Numbered from the stretch's first letter, positions 38,850-49,626 are shown. The stretch is DNA of 58,597 nt from Chthoniobacteraceae bacterium (GCA_031409335.1 JANNWY010000042.1:1-58597); one strand, 5' to 3'. Made by a program: numbers and translations. The notes: generated from the letters alone by a model not told the origin.

Positions 38850-40088
38850 CTATCGAAATCGCTCAAACAAATCTTCCGCCGGCCACTCACCCGTCGCGTC
38901 CGCAGCGCGATGCAGCGCGGAGTCGATCGCGCCATCGGGCAGCGCGCGATCATTCGAACGCCGATTGAAAAGCACCGCCCAGCTCAACCCATCGTGCCGC
39001 CGCACGAGCAGGCTAGCCGTGCCGGGCAGACTGCCATCGTGCCAGTAATTCGCCTTGCCCCCCTGCCCCACCGGGCGCACCGACCAACCGCACGCGTAGT
39101 AGGAATTCTGAAGCTCCCCGTCCGGCTTCCGCGAAACCGGCGAGGACGGCGGCTGATACATTTGCGTGAACGTCTTCTCCTTCAAAACCGGACTCCGCAA
39201 CGGATCATCCAACGCCCGCGCACGGCGCGCGAGATCGACAGCGGACGCGATCCAGCCGCCATGCGCATCCATCGCCTCCAGGCAAAATGCCCCGTATGAA
39301 AACGGGACCTTCTTTCCCTCCTCAAAAACGCTCTCCCCTTCCCCACCGCCGCGCGCGTAGGAGCGGACTTCCTTCCCAGCCTGGCGGCCCTCGATCGAGG
39401 CTCCGATCCGCATTTCGTGAATGCCCATCGGCGCGAGAATCTCCCCGCGCACAAACTCCTCGTAGCCGCGGCCCGTGATTTTTTCGATCACCCGGCCGAG
39501 CACACAGTAGCCGAAATTCGAATACGCGTACCGGCTCCCGGGATCGAAATCCAGCGGCTGCCCGAGCATGTAGCGGATGACCACCTCCGGTGGCGCGGGC
39601 GATGGCACGCCGGCGACTTTTGCGATCTCGCGGGAAAGAAACATCGGATCGAAACTCTTGTCCCGGTCCCATCCGCCGGTGTGCTGGAGCAAATGCCGGA
39701 TCGTGATTTCCTGAAGCCGCGCATCGCCTTTTTGCAAAGGATCGACCCGCACGATTTCAAATGCCTTTTGATCGAAGGCGAGCATGCCATCTTCGATCAA
39801 TTTCAAAACCGCGACCGCGGTGATCGGCTTCGAGATGCTCGCGATGCGAAAAAGCGAATCCGGCTGCACGGCGCTATTTTTCTCCCGATCCACCAGACCA
39901 TAACCGCGCGCGTAAACCAGCCGCCCATCCTTCACGACCGCGAGCGCGCCGCCGGGAATCCCGCGCGCTTTCATGAACGCCTCCATCTCCCGATCAAACG
40001 CTTCCGCGATCGGGACACCCGCAGCTTCGCCACACGCCGCACCCGCAAGCGCGGCGAATCCCGTCGCGAAAAACGTGCGCCGCTTCAT
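38850..40088 (-). CDS. Serine hydrolase, beta-lactamase class C family
   Basis: Tat-like MKRRTFF; FRIASISK (SxxK); LLQHTGG; YSNFGY; HDGSLPG. Confidence 0.9.
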   Translation of the reverse strand: MKRRTFFATGFAALAGAACGEAAGVPIAEAFDREMEAFMKARGIPGGALAVVKDGRLVYARGYGLVDREKNSAVQPDSLFRIASISKPITAVAVLKLIEDGMLAFDQKAFEIVRVDPLQKGDARLQEITIRHLLQHTGGWDRDKSFDPMFLSREIAKVAGVPSPAPPEVVIRYMLGQPLDFDPGSRYAYSNFGYCVLGRVIEKITGRGYEEFVRGEILAPMGIHEMRIGASIEGRQAGKEVRSYARGGGEGESVFEEGKKVPFSYGAFCLEAMDAHGGWIASAVDLARRARALDDPLRSPVLKEKTFTQMYQPPSSPVSRKPDGELQNSYYACGWSVRPVGQGGKANYWHDGSLPGTASLLVRRHDGLSWAVLFNRRSNDRALPDGAIDSALHRAADATGEWPAEDLFERFR

Positions 40089-40092
40089 CCCG

Positions 40093-40413
40093 CTACACCC
40101 AGTCCACACACGGATCGGTGCGGCCTTCGCGCTCATCGAGTCGCTGCCAGTACGGCGCGGAAAGAGGCGCGCACGACTCCACCTGCCCCCATCGAAACCA
40201 TGATCGGAAAGCGTGATACGCGGGCGATTGCGGAATCGGGAAGCGGTCGAAAACGTGTTTCCAACCGCGCATCTCGCGCACCGCTTCCGCTTCCGGAACG
40301 ACCCCGAAATCCCACGCGCCGCAGAGCCGGTGAATGTAGTCCGCCTTGTCCTCGTTGGTCGGCAAATCGTCCGGCGGTTCGACATCGGGATATACGCTGT
40401 GGTCGATGATCAT
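40093..40413 (-). CDS. Hypothetical protein coupled to the upstream small ORF (possible antitoxin/partner)
   Basis: 106-aa ORF with an ATGA overlap with 40410..40664. Confidence 0.6.
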   Translation of the reverse strand: MIIDHSVYPDVEPPDDLPTNEDKADYIHRLCGAWDFGVVPEAEAVREMRGWKHVFDRFPIPQSPAYHAFRSWFRWGQVESCAPLSAPYWQRLDEREGRTDPCVDWV

Positions 40414-40664
40414 GAGTTCGCCTCGCCGCTAGCACACAATCGCTCCCGGATAAACTCCCGCACGGCGATGGCGCGCTGTTTCGCGTCGGGATCGTTGATC
40501 CGCTCGATCGGACGCCGCACTTCAATTTCCGCGAGAGAGCGCAGCACGGTGAATTTTGCCTCGTCACTGTCGCGCCGCGCCGCCGGCTGGCCGCGCAGCA
40601 TTTTGAGCAGCTCGCGGGCGTAGGGATTCAGGTTGGATGGGACGCGAGGTTCGAGCGGGCGCAT
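40410..40664 (-). pseudogene. Probable internally deleted nucleotidyltransferase (AbiEii-like) gene
   Basis: N-terminus (P..L.PYARELL..LRGQPAA) and C-terminus (L..IE.RRP.E.I.DP..K..A..VR.F) resemble the two ends of a recalled AbiEii-type family. The GG..L / D.D catalytic core is absent. Confidence 0.4.
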
Positions 40665-40673
40665 CGGGCGGGA

Positions 40674-42392
40674 TCACGGCGCGAGTTCGATCGTCAGATC
40701 TTTCAGCGCGACTTCAGCGCCTTCGCCGAAAATGTAGAAGGCGGGCACTGTGCGCGGCGCGGTTTCGAGTGTGGGAATCTCGACGGTGGCGCGGCCATTG
40801 AGGCGAACCGTCGTCTTCGCGCCGCGCGATTCGATTTCGCACGCTATCCATTTGCCAGCTTCGATCGCCGTGCCGTTGGCCGCGGGTTGCGGTTTGGCAG
40901 CTTTGTAAATCCAGATGTTCGACGGCGAGCTGCCTCCCAGACTGAGCGAAACGCCGCGGAAGCCGTCCGCCTGGTCGCTCCCGCGCACGACGATTTCCGC
41001 GACGGCGTTCGCGCCGGTGATTTTGATCTGCGCGCTGAGTTTGAAATCCGCGGCGATCATTTCGCTGACGAGCGATTCGGGCCGCTGCGCATTTCCCCGC
41101 GCGAGGATCACGCCATCCGCGATGCTCCACGCATCGCTGGAAATTTTCCACCGGGTAAAATCGCGCCCGTTGAAAAAGTCGGCGGCATTCAATGAAGTGC
41201 CGAGCACGGGCACCTGGCGCGGGCTCGCGAGATACGCGAAAAGATCGGGCACTTGCTCCGGTGTGAGCGCGGAGATCAGGCCCTCGGGCATCATCGAGAC
41301 TTCGCTGACGGTCACATTTTTCACGTCGCCACGCGGGACGATGGTCGCACCCGCGAGCGTCTTGAGCGTGATCGCGTTTGCGTCGTCACCGCGCACCAAG
41401 CCGACGAGGATGCGCCCGTCGGTCGTCTCGATCGTCGTGCTTTGGTAGTCTTTTCCGATCAGCGCGTTTGGATCGAGGATGTTCTGGAGCAGGTAATCGA
41501 CGTCAGTGCGATTCGCGCCGGTGATCTCCGGGCCGAGGTCCGCGCCCGCGTCGAAGAGCCGATGGCAAAGCGCGCAGCTCTGCGCGAAAAGCGCGCGTCC
41601 GCGGTTCGCGTCGCCGGCCTTGATCGTCTCGGGCGTGAGCACGGTTTTCAGGCGCGCGATTTCGCCCTGCTTGTTTGAAATGGCGATCGTCAGCGCGGGA
41701 TGCGCGCGGAGCCAGTCCACGATCTGCGCGTCCTTGAATCCCGCGAGTTGGCGGATTTGCGGCGCGGCGAGATCGGCGGGTGGGATGGCTTTTGCATCGA
41801 GCGCGGCGATGAGCGCCTTTGCGGAAGTGGCGCGCGCGAGGAGCGTGGCGAGGACTTCCTGTTTCTCCTCGGAATCCAGCACAGCATACGCGCCGATGAC
41901 GAAGGGCGGAACGCGCGGATCGTCGTATGATGAAAGCCCGCGCAACGACGCGCGGCGCAGCGGACCGGGCGCTTTCGCGATGTCGAGCAGCAGCGGCAGC
42001 GTTTCCTTGTCCTTCGCGGCGAGGAGCGATTCGAGCGCCTTCTCCCGCGCGCCGCGCTCGGCGTTAGGATCGGCGAAAGCTTTCCGCATCCCAGCGAGCG
42101 CGCCGCTGCTTCCGAAGGTGACACCGAGCGTCTGCACCTGCTCGCGCACCTCGGCGCTCTCGCTCTTGCTGAGTTTCGCAGCGAGCGCTTCCCACTCGGG
42201 CGGCGCGGTGAGGCCGCGGCGGCCTTCGAGCGCTTTGTTGATGCCGCGCAGCAGGTTCGCTTGCGTCTCGGCATCCTCGCTGCCGTCGAGCGCTTCCATT
42301 AAAAACTTGAGCGCCGGCGGCGCTTCCTCCGCGCGCAGTGGCGCGAGCGCGAGGATCAGACTGGCGGCGAGGAGGATCGCGCGTCTCATCAT
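40674..42392 (-). CDS. HEAT + c-type heme + DUF1080-like protein
   Basis: Signal peptide; CALCH; GPEITG; SMMPEGL; C-terminal FNGRDFTRW...W...DG.I domain. Confidence 0.82.
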   Translation of the reverse strand: MMRRAILLAASLILALAPLRAEEAPPALKFLMEALDGSEDAETQANLLRGINKALEGRRGLTAPPEWEALAAKLSKSESAEVREQVQTLGVTFGSSGALAGMRKAFADPNAERGAREKALESLLAAKDKETLPLLLDIAKAPGPLRRASLRGLSSYDDPRVPPFVIGAYAVLDSEEKQEVLATLLARATSAKALIAALDAKAIPPADLAAPQIRQLAGFKDAQIVDWLRAHPALTIAISNKQGEIARLKTVLTPETIKAGDANRGRALFAQSCALCHRLFDAGADLGPEITGANRTDVDYLLQNILDPNALIGKDYQSTTIETTDGRILVGLVRGDDANAITLKTLAGATIVPRGDVKNVTVSEVSMMPEGLISALTPEQVPDLFAYLASPRQVPVLGTSLNAADFFNGRDFTRWKISSDAWSIADGVILARGNAQRPESLVSEMIAADFKLSAQIKITGANAVAEIVVRGSDQADGFRGVSLSLGGSSPSNIWIYKAAKPQPAANGTAIEAGKWIACEIESRGAKTTVRLNGRATVEIPTLETAPRTVPAFYIFGEGAEVALKDLTIELAP

Positions 42393-44242
42393 TTCGGCGC
42401 CGCGACGATCGAGGCCATGCGGCGCGCGATGTATTCCTGCAGTTTCGGGATGTTCGAGCCTTTCAAAAGCGACGCCGCGCGCGCGGGATCGGATTGGATC
42501 ATCGGCTCGATTCCATACCAGATCATCAGCGTGAGATTCGGATCGGTCTGATCCTGCGGATGCATCATCAGACCCGCGGCGATATCCCAGCGATTCTCGA
42601 CCGGGATGCGCTGTAGCGCGCTCGCGAGGTAGAGCCGGACGATTTGCGAATCGCCGAGGCGGGCGATGCGCGCGAGATCCTTCAGGAACGCATCGGACGC
42701 GACGCCTTTCTCGAAGAACAACTGAACCGCCCACGCGGTCAGCCACGGTTCTTTGCCTTTGAAAATTTCCTTCGCCACCGACTCATCAAAACCTCCGCTT
42801 ACATGCAGCGCCCACAGCGCGCGCAGCCGCTGCGGCACGGTGAGTTTCGCATCGCCCATCATTTCGCGCAGCGCGCCGTGCGACTCCACATTTGCCCCGC
42901 GCTCTTGCAAAATGCGGCGCGCGTGGCGCACGAACCAATCGTTCGCGTGGAGTTGCAGCTTCACGAGTTCGGCACCGCTGAGCTTCGCGAGATCGACGGG
43001 TGCCTGCTTCGCGTTGCCGTACACGATTTTGTAAATGCGCCCGTTGCGCCGGTCGTGCGGCTTTTGCTGATGACACGCGCGCGCATCATACCAATCGCTC
43101 ACAAACATGCTGCCATCCGGCCCGTAGCCCATGTCGAGTCCGCGATACCATTTGTCCGCGCTCTTCATGAAATCCGGCAGCCGGTCGCCGCTGTATCCGC
43201 TCCCGTCCTGCATCAGCGAGTCGTTGTTGATGCGATTGCCGTGAATGTTGTTCATGAAAACCGTGTTGCGATATTTCGCCGGCCACGAGTCGCCGAGGTA
43301 GATCATCGCGCCCGCGTGCGCATGGCCGCCGCCCGCGGCATCGGTGGAGCTTTCCTGCGCGCGCGAGCCAGCGGCCCAATCCGCGCCGCCCCAGTGCCGG
43401 TGCCGCGCGATCGTCTTGATGTCGTCGAATGCGAATGGATTGAAATGTTTCCCCGCCTGCCGCTGATAGAGCCCGCCCTGCGTGAGATGATAGAGATGCG
43501 GGATGACGCACGCGGTGATGAAACACTGGCCGTAATCGTTCCAATCCACGCCCCACGGATTGCTCGTCCCGTGCGCGAAGACCTCGAACTTCCGCGTCTG
43601 CGGATGCAGCCGCCACACGCCGGCATTGAACGGCACGCGCGCGTGGTCCGGCGTGCCTGGCTTGCCGACTTTTGCATTCGTGAAAACGCCCTGCGTTCCG
43701 TAAAGCCAGCCGTCCGGCCCCCACGCGAACGAGTTCAAAATCTCGTGCATGTCTTCGTGGCCCCAGCCATCGAGCACCACTTCCGGCGCGGCATCGGGCA
43801 CGTCGTCGGCGTTTTTATCCGGGATGAAAAGGACGTGCGGATTCGAGCCGACCCACACGCCGCCAAAGCCGGTCTCGATCGCGGAGACGTTGTTCAACTT
43901 GTCGTAAAAAAGCGTCTTCTTGTCGAACTTCCCGTCGCCATCCGAGTCTTCGAGAATGACGATGCGATCGTTCCCCTCCGGCTTCCAATCAGGATAGGAA
44001 AGGTTTTCACAAACCCAAAGCCGCCCGCGATCGTCGATCGAAAACGCGATCGGCTGGACGATGTCCGGCTCGGCGGCAAAGACCTTCACGGAAAATCCCT
44101 CGGGCACTTTCATCCCCGCCGCAGTCTCGGCGGGAGAGAGGCCGTCGCCGGGCTGGACGAGGAAGCCGGGAGGATCGTCGGCGGCAAAAAGCGCGACGGT
44201 CGGAAGCAGGAGTGCGGCGAGCAGCAGGGCGGGAATGCGCAT
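42389..44242 (-). CDS. PVC-type membrane-bound dehydrogenase domain protein
   Basis: FAAEPDIVQPIAF..DDRGRLWV; WGPDGWLYG; GTSNPWG; GGGHAHAG; GPDGS.FVSDWYD. Confidence 0.9.
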   Translation of the reverse strand: MRIPALLLAALLLPTVALFAADDPPGFLVQPGDGLSPAETAAGMKVPEGFSVKVFAAEPDIVQPIAFSIDDRGRLWVCENLSYPDWKPEGNDRIVILEDSDGDGKFDKKTLFYDKLNNVSAIETGFGGVWVGSNPHVLFIPDKNADDVPDAAPEVVLDGWGHEDMHEILNSFAWGPDGWLYGTQGVFTNAKVGKPGTPDHARVPFNAGVWRLHPQTRKFEVFAHGTSNPWGVDWNDYGQCFITACVIPHLYHLTQGGLYQRQAGKHFNPFAFDDIKTIARHRHWGGADWAAGSRAQESSTDAAGGGHAHAGAMIYLGDSWPAKYRNTVFMNNIHGNRINNDSLMQDGSGYSGDRLPDFMKSADKWYRGLDMGYGPDGSMFVSDWYDARACHQQKPHDRRNGRIYKIVYGNAKQAPVDLAKLSGAELVKLQLHANDWFVRHARRILQERGANVESHGALREMMGDAKLTVPQRLRALWALHVSGGFDESVAKEIFKGKEPWLTAWAVQLFFEKGVASDAFLKDLARIARLGDSQIVRLYLASALQRIPVENRWDIAAGLMMHPQDQTDPNLTLMIWYGIEPMIQSDPARAASLLKGSNIPKLQEYIARRMASIVAAPK

Positions 44243-44370
44243 GGCGTGGATGACATTGAGAAGCTGCCCTGGCGTCAATCCTTTGGCGGCAATCTCATCT
44301 CCGCAGCGCGCGATTCGGGGGACGGGTAGAGTTTCCATTTTCGCCGCGCGCGTGTTCGTGTGGAAAGCCC

Positions 44371-46707
44371 ATGAACGCCTCGCCTGATCCCGCCGCGCCG
44401 CTCGCGCACGACGAAGCCGGTCGTCTGGCGCTGCTTGCGGAATGCGGCATCCTCGATACGACGACCGACCCCGACTTCGATGATCTCTCGCGTCTGGCCG
44501 CGGAAATTTGCGGGACGCCGATCGCCTTGATCTCGCTGGTGGATGAGACGCGGCAGTGGTTCAAGTCGCGGGTCGGTTTGGACGCGACGGAAACGCCGCG
44601 GCACCTCGCGTTTTGCGCGCATGCGATCGTCGATTCCACGCAGTTGATGATCGTGCCCGATGCGGCCGTGGATCCGCGCTTTTCCGCAAACGAACTCGTC
44701 ACCGGTCCGGTGGGCATCCGGTTTTATGCCGGGGCGCCGCTGGTCATGGAAGGCGGGCACGCTCTGGGGACGCTTTGTGTGATCGATCGACAGCCGCGTG
44801 ATATGACCGCCGGCCAGCGGGAGGCGCTCGCGGCATTGGCGCGGCAGGTCGTTTCGCAGATCCAGCTCCGGCGGCAAAATCTCGCGCTGGAGCGTGCCCG
44901 GATCGAGCAGAAGCAAATGGCGGAAACGCTGCGGCAGCAGAAAAGCGAGCTGCGGGTGCTCTTCGACTGCATTCCCGCGCTCGTCGTTTTCAAGGACACT
45001 CAGGACCGTCTCGTGCGGGTGAATCAAAGGCTGGCGGATTCGGTGGGAAAAACGGTCGCGGAGATCGAAGGGAAATTGACCGCCGAAATTTTTCCGCATG
45101 ATGCAGCGAGGTTTCATGCGGAAGATTTGGAAGTGATCCGCTCCGGGGTGCCGAAGCTGGAGATCGTCGGAACATTTCGCGATCGCGACGGCAGGGATGT
45201 CTGGATTCAGACCGATAAAGTTCCGGTCCGCGATCCGGAGGGTAAGGTGATCGGCCTCATCGGCATGGCGCAGGACATCACCAAGCGCAAGGAATCGGAA
45301 GCAGCGCTGGAAGATTTGGCGCGCAGGCTCCAGCTTGCCACCAAGGCTTCCGGCACGGGTGTGTGGGATTGGGATCTCGAGACCGACCGCGTGGTGTGGG
45401 ATGAGCAGATGTTCGCGCTCTACGGGCTCGACCCGACGGAGGTGACCTACGAGACGTGGGCGAGGGCCGTCCACCCCGAGGATCTGGACGGACAGGCAGC
45501 GATCCTGGATGAGACGGTGCGGAGGCGCTGGCGCAGCGAGCGCCAGTTTCGCATTCGCCGCGGGAGCGACGGCGCGGAGCGCATCATCTACGCAGCGGAG
45601 ATGACGGTGACGGGGAATGACGGCGAAGCGGTGCGTGTGGTCGGCGTCAACCGTGACGTGACTGATCTCGAAACCGCCGCGGCGAGTCTCGCGGCGAGCG
45701 ATGAATTGCTCCGCCGCTTGATCCAGCACACGCCGGCTGCGATCGCGATGCTCGACCGGGAAATGTGCTATCTGCAAGTGAGCGACCGGTGGATCAAGGA
45801 CTACCACCTCGAAGGGCGCGACCTCATCGGCCTTTCGCATTACGAGGTTTTTCCGGACATCCCCGATCGCTGGAAAAGCGTGCATCAGCGCGTGCTGGCT
45901 GGCGCGGTCGAGCGTTGCGACGAGGGTCCTTTTCCCGGCGCGGATGGCAGGACGGAGTGGCTGCAATGGGAAGCCCGCCCGTGGTTCAATGCGAGCCGCG
46001 AGATTGGCGGGCTGGTTTTTTTCACCCAAATCATCACCGGACAGCGCGAGGCGAAGGAATTTCTCAAGGCCTCACTGGCGGAAAAGGAGACGCTGCTGAA
46101 GGAGGTGCATCACCGGGTGAAGAACAATCTCCAAGTCATCTCGAGCCTGCTGCAGCTCCAGTCCGAAGGGCTCGTGGAGCCGCGCCTGCTGACGCTCTTT
46201 CGCGAAGCGCAGGATCGCGTGCGCGCGATGGCGCAGGTCCACGAATCGCTCCACCGATCGGGCAATCTCGCGGCGGTGAATTTCGGCGCGCAAGTCGTGG
46301 AACTCGCGGGCAATCTCCTGCGCTCCTATCGCACCGACGGTGCTCCCGTGCGGCTGGAAACCGAGACGCAGCCAGTGCAGATCGACATCGACTTGGCGGT
46401 GCCGCTCAGCCTCATCGTCAATGAACTGGTGACGAACACCTTCAAATACGCTTTTTCAAACGGGCGCGGCGGCGTGCTCCGCGTGATCTTTCGCGAGTGC
46501 GCGGATGGCGCGCTTTTCCTCTCGATCGGCGACGACAGGCCGGGGCTGCCCGCGACCTGCGAGCTGGAATATTCGACTTCCCTGGGCCTGAAAGTCGTGC
46601 GCACTCTCGCTGGGCAAATCGGCGGGCGGCTCGAAATTCTGCGCGGCCACGGCACGGTCTTCACCCTGACCTTCCCGCGCTCCCGCAAGCTGCCCCATTC
46701 ACCATGA
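44371..46707 (+). CDS. GAF-PAS-PAS-PAS sensor histidine kinase (HisKA_2/HWE type)
   Basis: GAF (IRFYAGAPL..GTLCVID); PAS repeats; LLKEVHHRVKNNLQ; NELVTN; SLGL. Confidence 0.92.
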   Translation: MNASPDPAAPLAHDEAGRLALLAECGILDTTTDPDFDDLSRLAAEICGTPIALISLVDETRQWFKSRVGLDATETPRHLAFCAHAIVDSTQLMIVPDAAVDPRFSANELVTGPVGIRFYAGAPLVMEGGHALGTLCVIDRQPRDMTAGQREALAALARQVVSQIQLRRQNLALERARIEQKQMAETLRQQKSELRVLFDCIPALVVFKDTQDRLVRVNQRLADSVGKTVAEIEGKLTAEIFPHDAARFHAEDLEVIRSGVPKLEIVGTFRDRDGRDVWIQTDKVPVRDPEGKVIGLIGMAQDITKRKESEAALEDLARRLQLATKASGTGVWDWDLETDRVVWDEQMFALYGLDPTEVTYETWARAVHPEDLDGQAAILDETVRRRWRSERQFRIRRGSDGAERIIYAAEMTVTGNDGEAVRVVGVNRDVTDLETAAASLAASDELLRRLIQHTPAAIAMLDREMCYLQVSDRWIKDYHLEGRDLIGLSHYEVFPDIPDRWKSVHQRVLAGAVERCDEGPFPGADGRTEWLQWEARPWFNASREIGGLVFFTQIITGQREAKEFLKASLAEKETLLKEVHHRVKNNLQVISSLLQLQSEGLVEPRLLTLFREAQDRVRAMAQVHESLHRSGNLAAVNFGAQVVELAGNLLRSYRTDGAPVRLETETQPVQIDIDLAVPLSLIVNELVTNTFKYAFSNGRGGVLRVIFRECADGALFLSIGDDRPGLPATCELEYSTSLGLKVVRTLAGQIGGRLEILRGHGTVFTLTFPRSRKLPHSP

Positions 46708-48647
46708 AACATCCGCCCAGTTTGTTGATCGTTGAAGACGAGGGTCTCGTCGCCCTTGATCTCGAATCGCGCCTTCAACGACTCGGTTACAGCGTGGTCG
46801 GGATCGCCGAAACCGGCGCGCGCGCCATGGCCATCGCGCGCGATAAACAGCCGGACCTGGTGCTGATGGACATCCATCTCGCCAGCGGCTCCGATGGGAT
46901 CACCGCGGCACGGGAGATTCATGAAGCGCTCGGCCTGCCCGTTGTTTTTCTCACTGCGTATGCCGATAGCGTGACGCTGGATCGCGCCGCGATGGCCGTC
47001 CCGTTCGGCTATCTCGTAAAGCCTTTCGAGGAGCGCAGCCTCGCGTCCACGCTGAAGATGGCGCTGGCCCGCCGCGAGTCGGAACTCAAAGTGCAGCGGA
47101 TGGAGCGCTGGCTCGCGACGACGCTGCGCTCCATCGGCGATGCCGTGATCTCGGTGGATCGCGAAGGTCGCGTGGATTTTTTCAACCATGAAGCCGAGCG
47201 CCTCACCGGCTGGCGGCGCGGGGAAGCGCTCGGCGCGGACTACCGCGAGGTGCTGCCCTTTGTCCACGAGCAACCCGGAATGCCCGCGCCACCGCATCCG
47301 ATCGCGGAGGCTTTGCAAACCGGCCTCGTGCTCCATCTCGCGCCGGAGAGCGGGCTCATGACGAAAACCGGAGTGAAGCTGCCCGTGGACGACAGCGCCG
47401 CGCCAACGCGCAATGAGAACGGCGAGGTGACCGGCGTCATCATGATCCTGCGCGACCGCTCGGAGCAGCGGCGCGATGCCGAGGAGCGGCGGAAGATCGA
47501 GCAAAAGATGCAGGAAGCGCAGCGCCTCGAAAGTCTCGGCGTGCTCGCCGGCGGCATCGCGCACGATTTTAACAATCTCCTCGGCATCATGATGCTGAAC
47601 GCGGACCTGATGAAATCCGGGATGCTGAAGGGCAGGCCAAGCGAGGAGGGGCTCAACGACATCCTGCTCGCCGGCGAGCGCGCAGCCGAACTCTGCCAGC
47701 AGATGCTCGCCTACGCGGGCAAGGGCAAATACGAGGAGACTCATTTCGATCTTAGTCTTTTGGCGCAGGAAACATCCGCGCTGCTGCGAACCGCCATCAG
47801 CAAAAAAGTGGACACGCGCATCACGCTGGATCGCGCGCTGCCGCCCGCGGTGGGCGACGCCAGCCAGATTCGCCAACTCATCATGAATCTCGCGATCAAT
47901 GCTTCGGAGGCGCTCGGCGAAAATTCCGGAAGCATCATCATCGAGACCCGGCTCGCGTCGGTCGATCGTGCGGCATTGGACGCGGCGGTGGTGGGGAAGG
48001 ATGCGAGCGAGGGCGAATACGCGGTGATCGAGGTCCGCGATACTGGCTGCGGGATGAGCGAGGAAACCAAGGCGCGAATTTTCGATCCGTTTTTCACCAC
48101 CAAATTCACCGGGCGCGGACTCGGTCTGGCATCCGCGCTCGGCATCGTGCGCAGACACCGCGGCGCGCTTTTTTTGGAATCAAAGCCGGACGCGGGTGCC
48201 ACCTTCCGCGTCCTGCTGCCGATCGCCGCCGCCCCGGTGAAAACATCCCCGCCAGCGAGCGAAATCGCCGATCCATAGAAAAGCCACGGCGCGATCCTCG
48301 TCGTCGATGACGAAGCCCCGATCCGCGCCACCGCTGCGCGCGTGCTGGGGCAGTTCGGCCTCACCGTGGTGCCGGCGTGCGACGGCTTGGAAGCACTCGA
48401 AATCCTCGCACGCTCACACACCGAGATACGGCTCGTCATCACCGATCTCACCATGCCACGCATGAATGGCTTCGACATGGCGACCGAAGCCACGCGGCTG
48501 TATCCCGATCTGCCGCTACTGGTGATGAGCGGCTTTTCCGCGGATGCGGCCGAGGAGCGATTTGCGAAGCTGCCCATCCGCGGCTTCCTGCAAAAGCCGT
48601 TCACGGTGCAAATGCTGGAGGACGCCGTGCGCGGGATTTTGGCGTAG
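46704..48647 (+). pseudogene. Hybrid REC-PAS-HisKA-HATPase-REC kinase interrupted by an in-frame TAG at 48276-48278
   Basis: LIVEDE; AGGIAHDFNN; FFTTKFTGRGLGL. The same frame continues after TAG as KSHGAILVVDDE...TDLTMP...QKPF. Confidence 0.85.
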
Positions 48648-48650
48648 GCG

Positions 48651-49613
48651 CTACCGGTCGCCGGAGAATTCGCCGATGCGGCGGAATTTTGCGTAGCGCT
48701 CTTTGAGCAGGCGCTCGATCGGGATTTTGGCGAGTTCGGCGAGGTTGCGCGCGATCGCTTCCTTCACGCTGGCAAGGGCCGCGGTGTGATCCTGATGCGC
48801 GCCGCCCATCGGCTCGGGGATGACTTCGTCGATCAGTTTCAGCTCGAGCAAATCTTTCGCGGTGAGTTTCAGCGCGGCGGCGGCTTCGGGGGCGTGCTTG
48901 CGATGTTTCCAGAGGATGGCGGCGCAACCCTCGGGACTGATGACCGAGTAGTAGGCATTCTCCAGCATCAGCACGCGATCCGCGACGCCGATACCGAGCG
49001 CGCCGCCGCTGCCGCCTTCACCGATGATGACGGCGACGCTCGGCGTGCGCAGGATCATGAGTTCGCGAAGATTGACGGCGATGGCTTCTGAAATGTGGCG
49101 CTCTTCGGAGCCAATGCCGGGATACGCGCCGGGGGTGTCGATGAGCGCGACGAACGGATGGCCGAATTTCTCCGCCATTTTCATGATGCGCAGCGCCTTG
49201 CGGTACCCTTCCGGATTCGCGCAGCCGAAGTTGCGCTTGATGTTCTCGCGCAGTTCGCGGCCTTTTTGGTGACCGACCACGGCACACTTCCGGCCCTGAA
49301 TCGTGGCGAGCCCGCCGGGCATCGCGCGGTCGTCGGCGAAGAGCCGGTCGCCGCGCAATTCCAGGAAATCGCCAAAGGCCAGTTGGATGTAATCGAGCGC
49401 GTAAGGCCGCCCGGGATGCCGGGCGATCTGCACGCGCTCCCACGCGGTGAGGTTCAGATAAATCCGCTTTTTCGTTTCCTCGATCTTCTCCTCCATGCGC
49501 CGCACTTCGGTGTCGAAATTGATGTCGTTTTCCCGCGAGTGCTGCTTCAGGTCCGCGAGTTTTTCCTCGAGTTCGACGATCGGCTTTTCAAATTCGAGCG
49601 GGTGAATCTTCAT
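48651..49613 (-). CDS. accA: Acetyl-CoA carboxylase carboxyltransferase alpha subunit
   Basis: LEFEKPI; ARHPGRP; PEGYRKALR; IDTPGAYPG; GEGGSGGAL; VISPEGCAAILW. Confidence 0.97.
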   Translation of the reverse strand: MKIHPLEFEKPIVELEEKLADLKQHSRENDINFDTEVRRMEEKIEETKKRIYLNLTAWERVQIARHPGRPYALDYIQLAFGDFLELRGDRLFADDRAMPGGLATIQGRKCAVVGHQKGRELRENIKRNFGCANPEGYRKALRIMKMAEKFGHPFVALIDTPGAYPGIGSEERHISEAIAVNLRELMILRTPSVAVIIGEGGSGGALGIGVADRVLMLENAYYSVISPEGCAAILWKHRKHAPEAAAALKLTAKDLLELKLIDEVIPEPMGGAHQDHTAALASVKEAIARNLAELAKIPIERLLKERYAKFRRIGEFSGDR

Positions 49614-49626
49614 CAGGCGCAAAATG

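Noticed and set aside
48276..48278. Pyrrolysine or amber recoding
   Set aside because: No pyl genes or suppressor tRNA lie in the window, and TAG ends clearly complete genes such as tdh, accA and tex.
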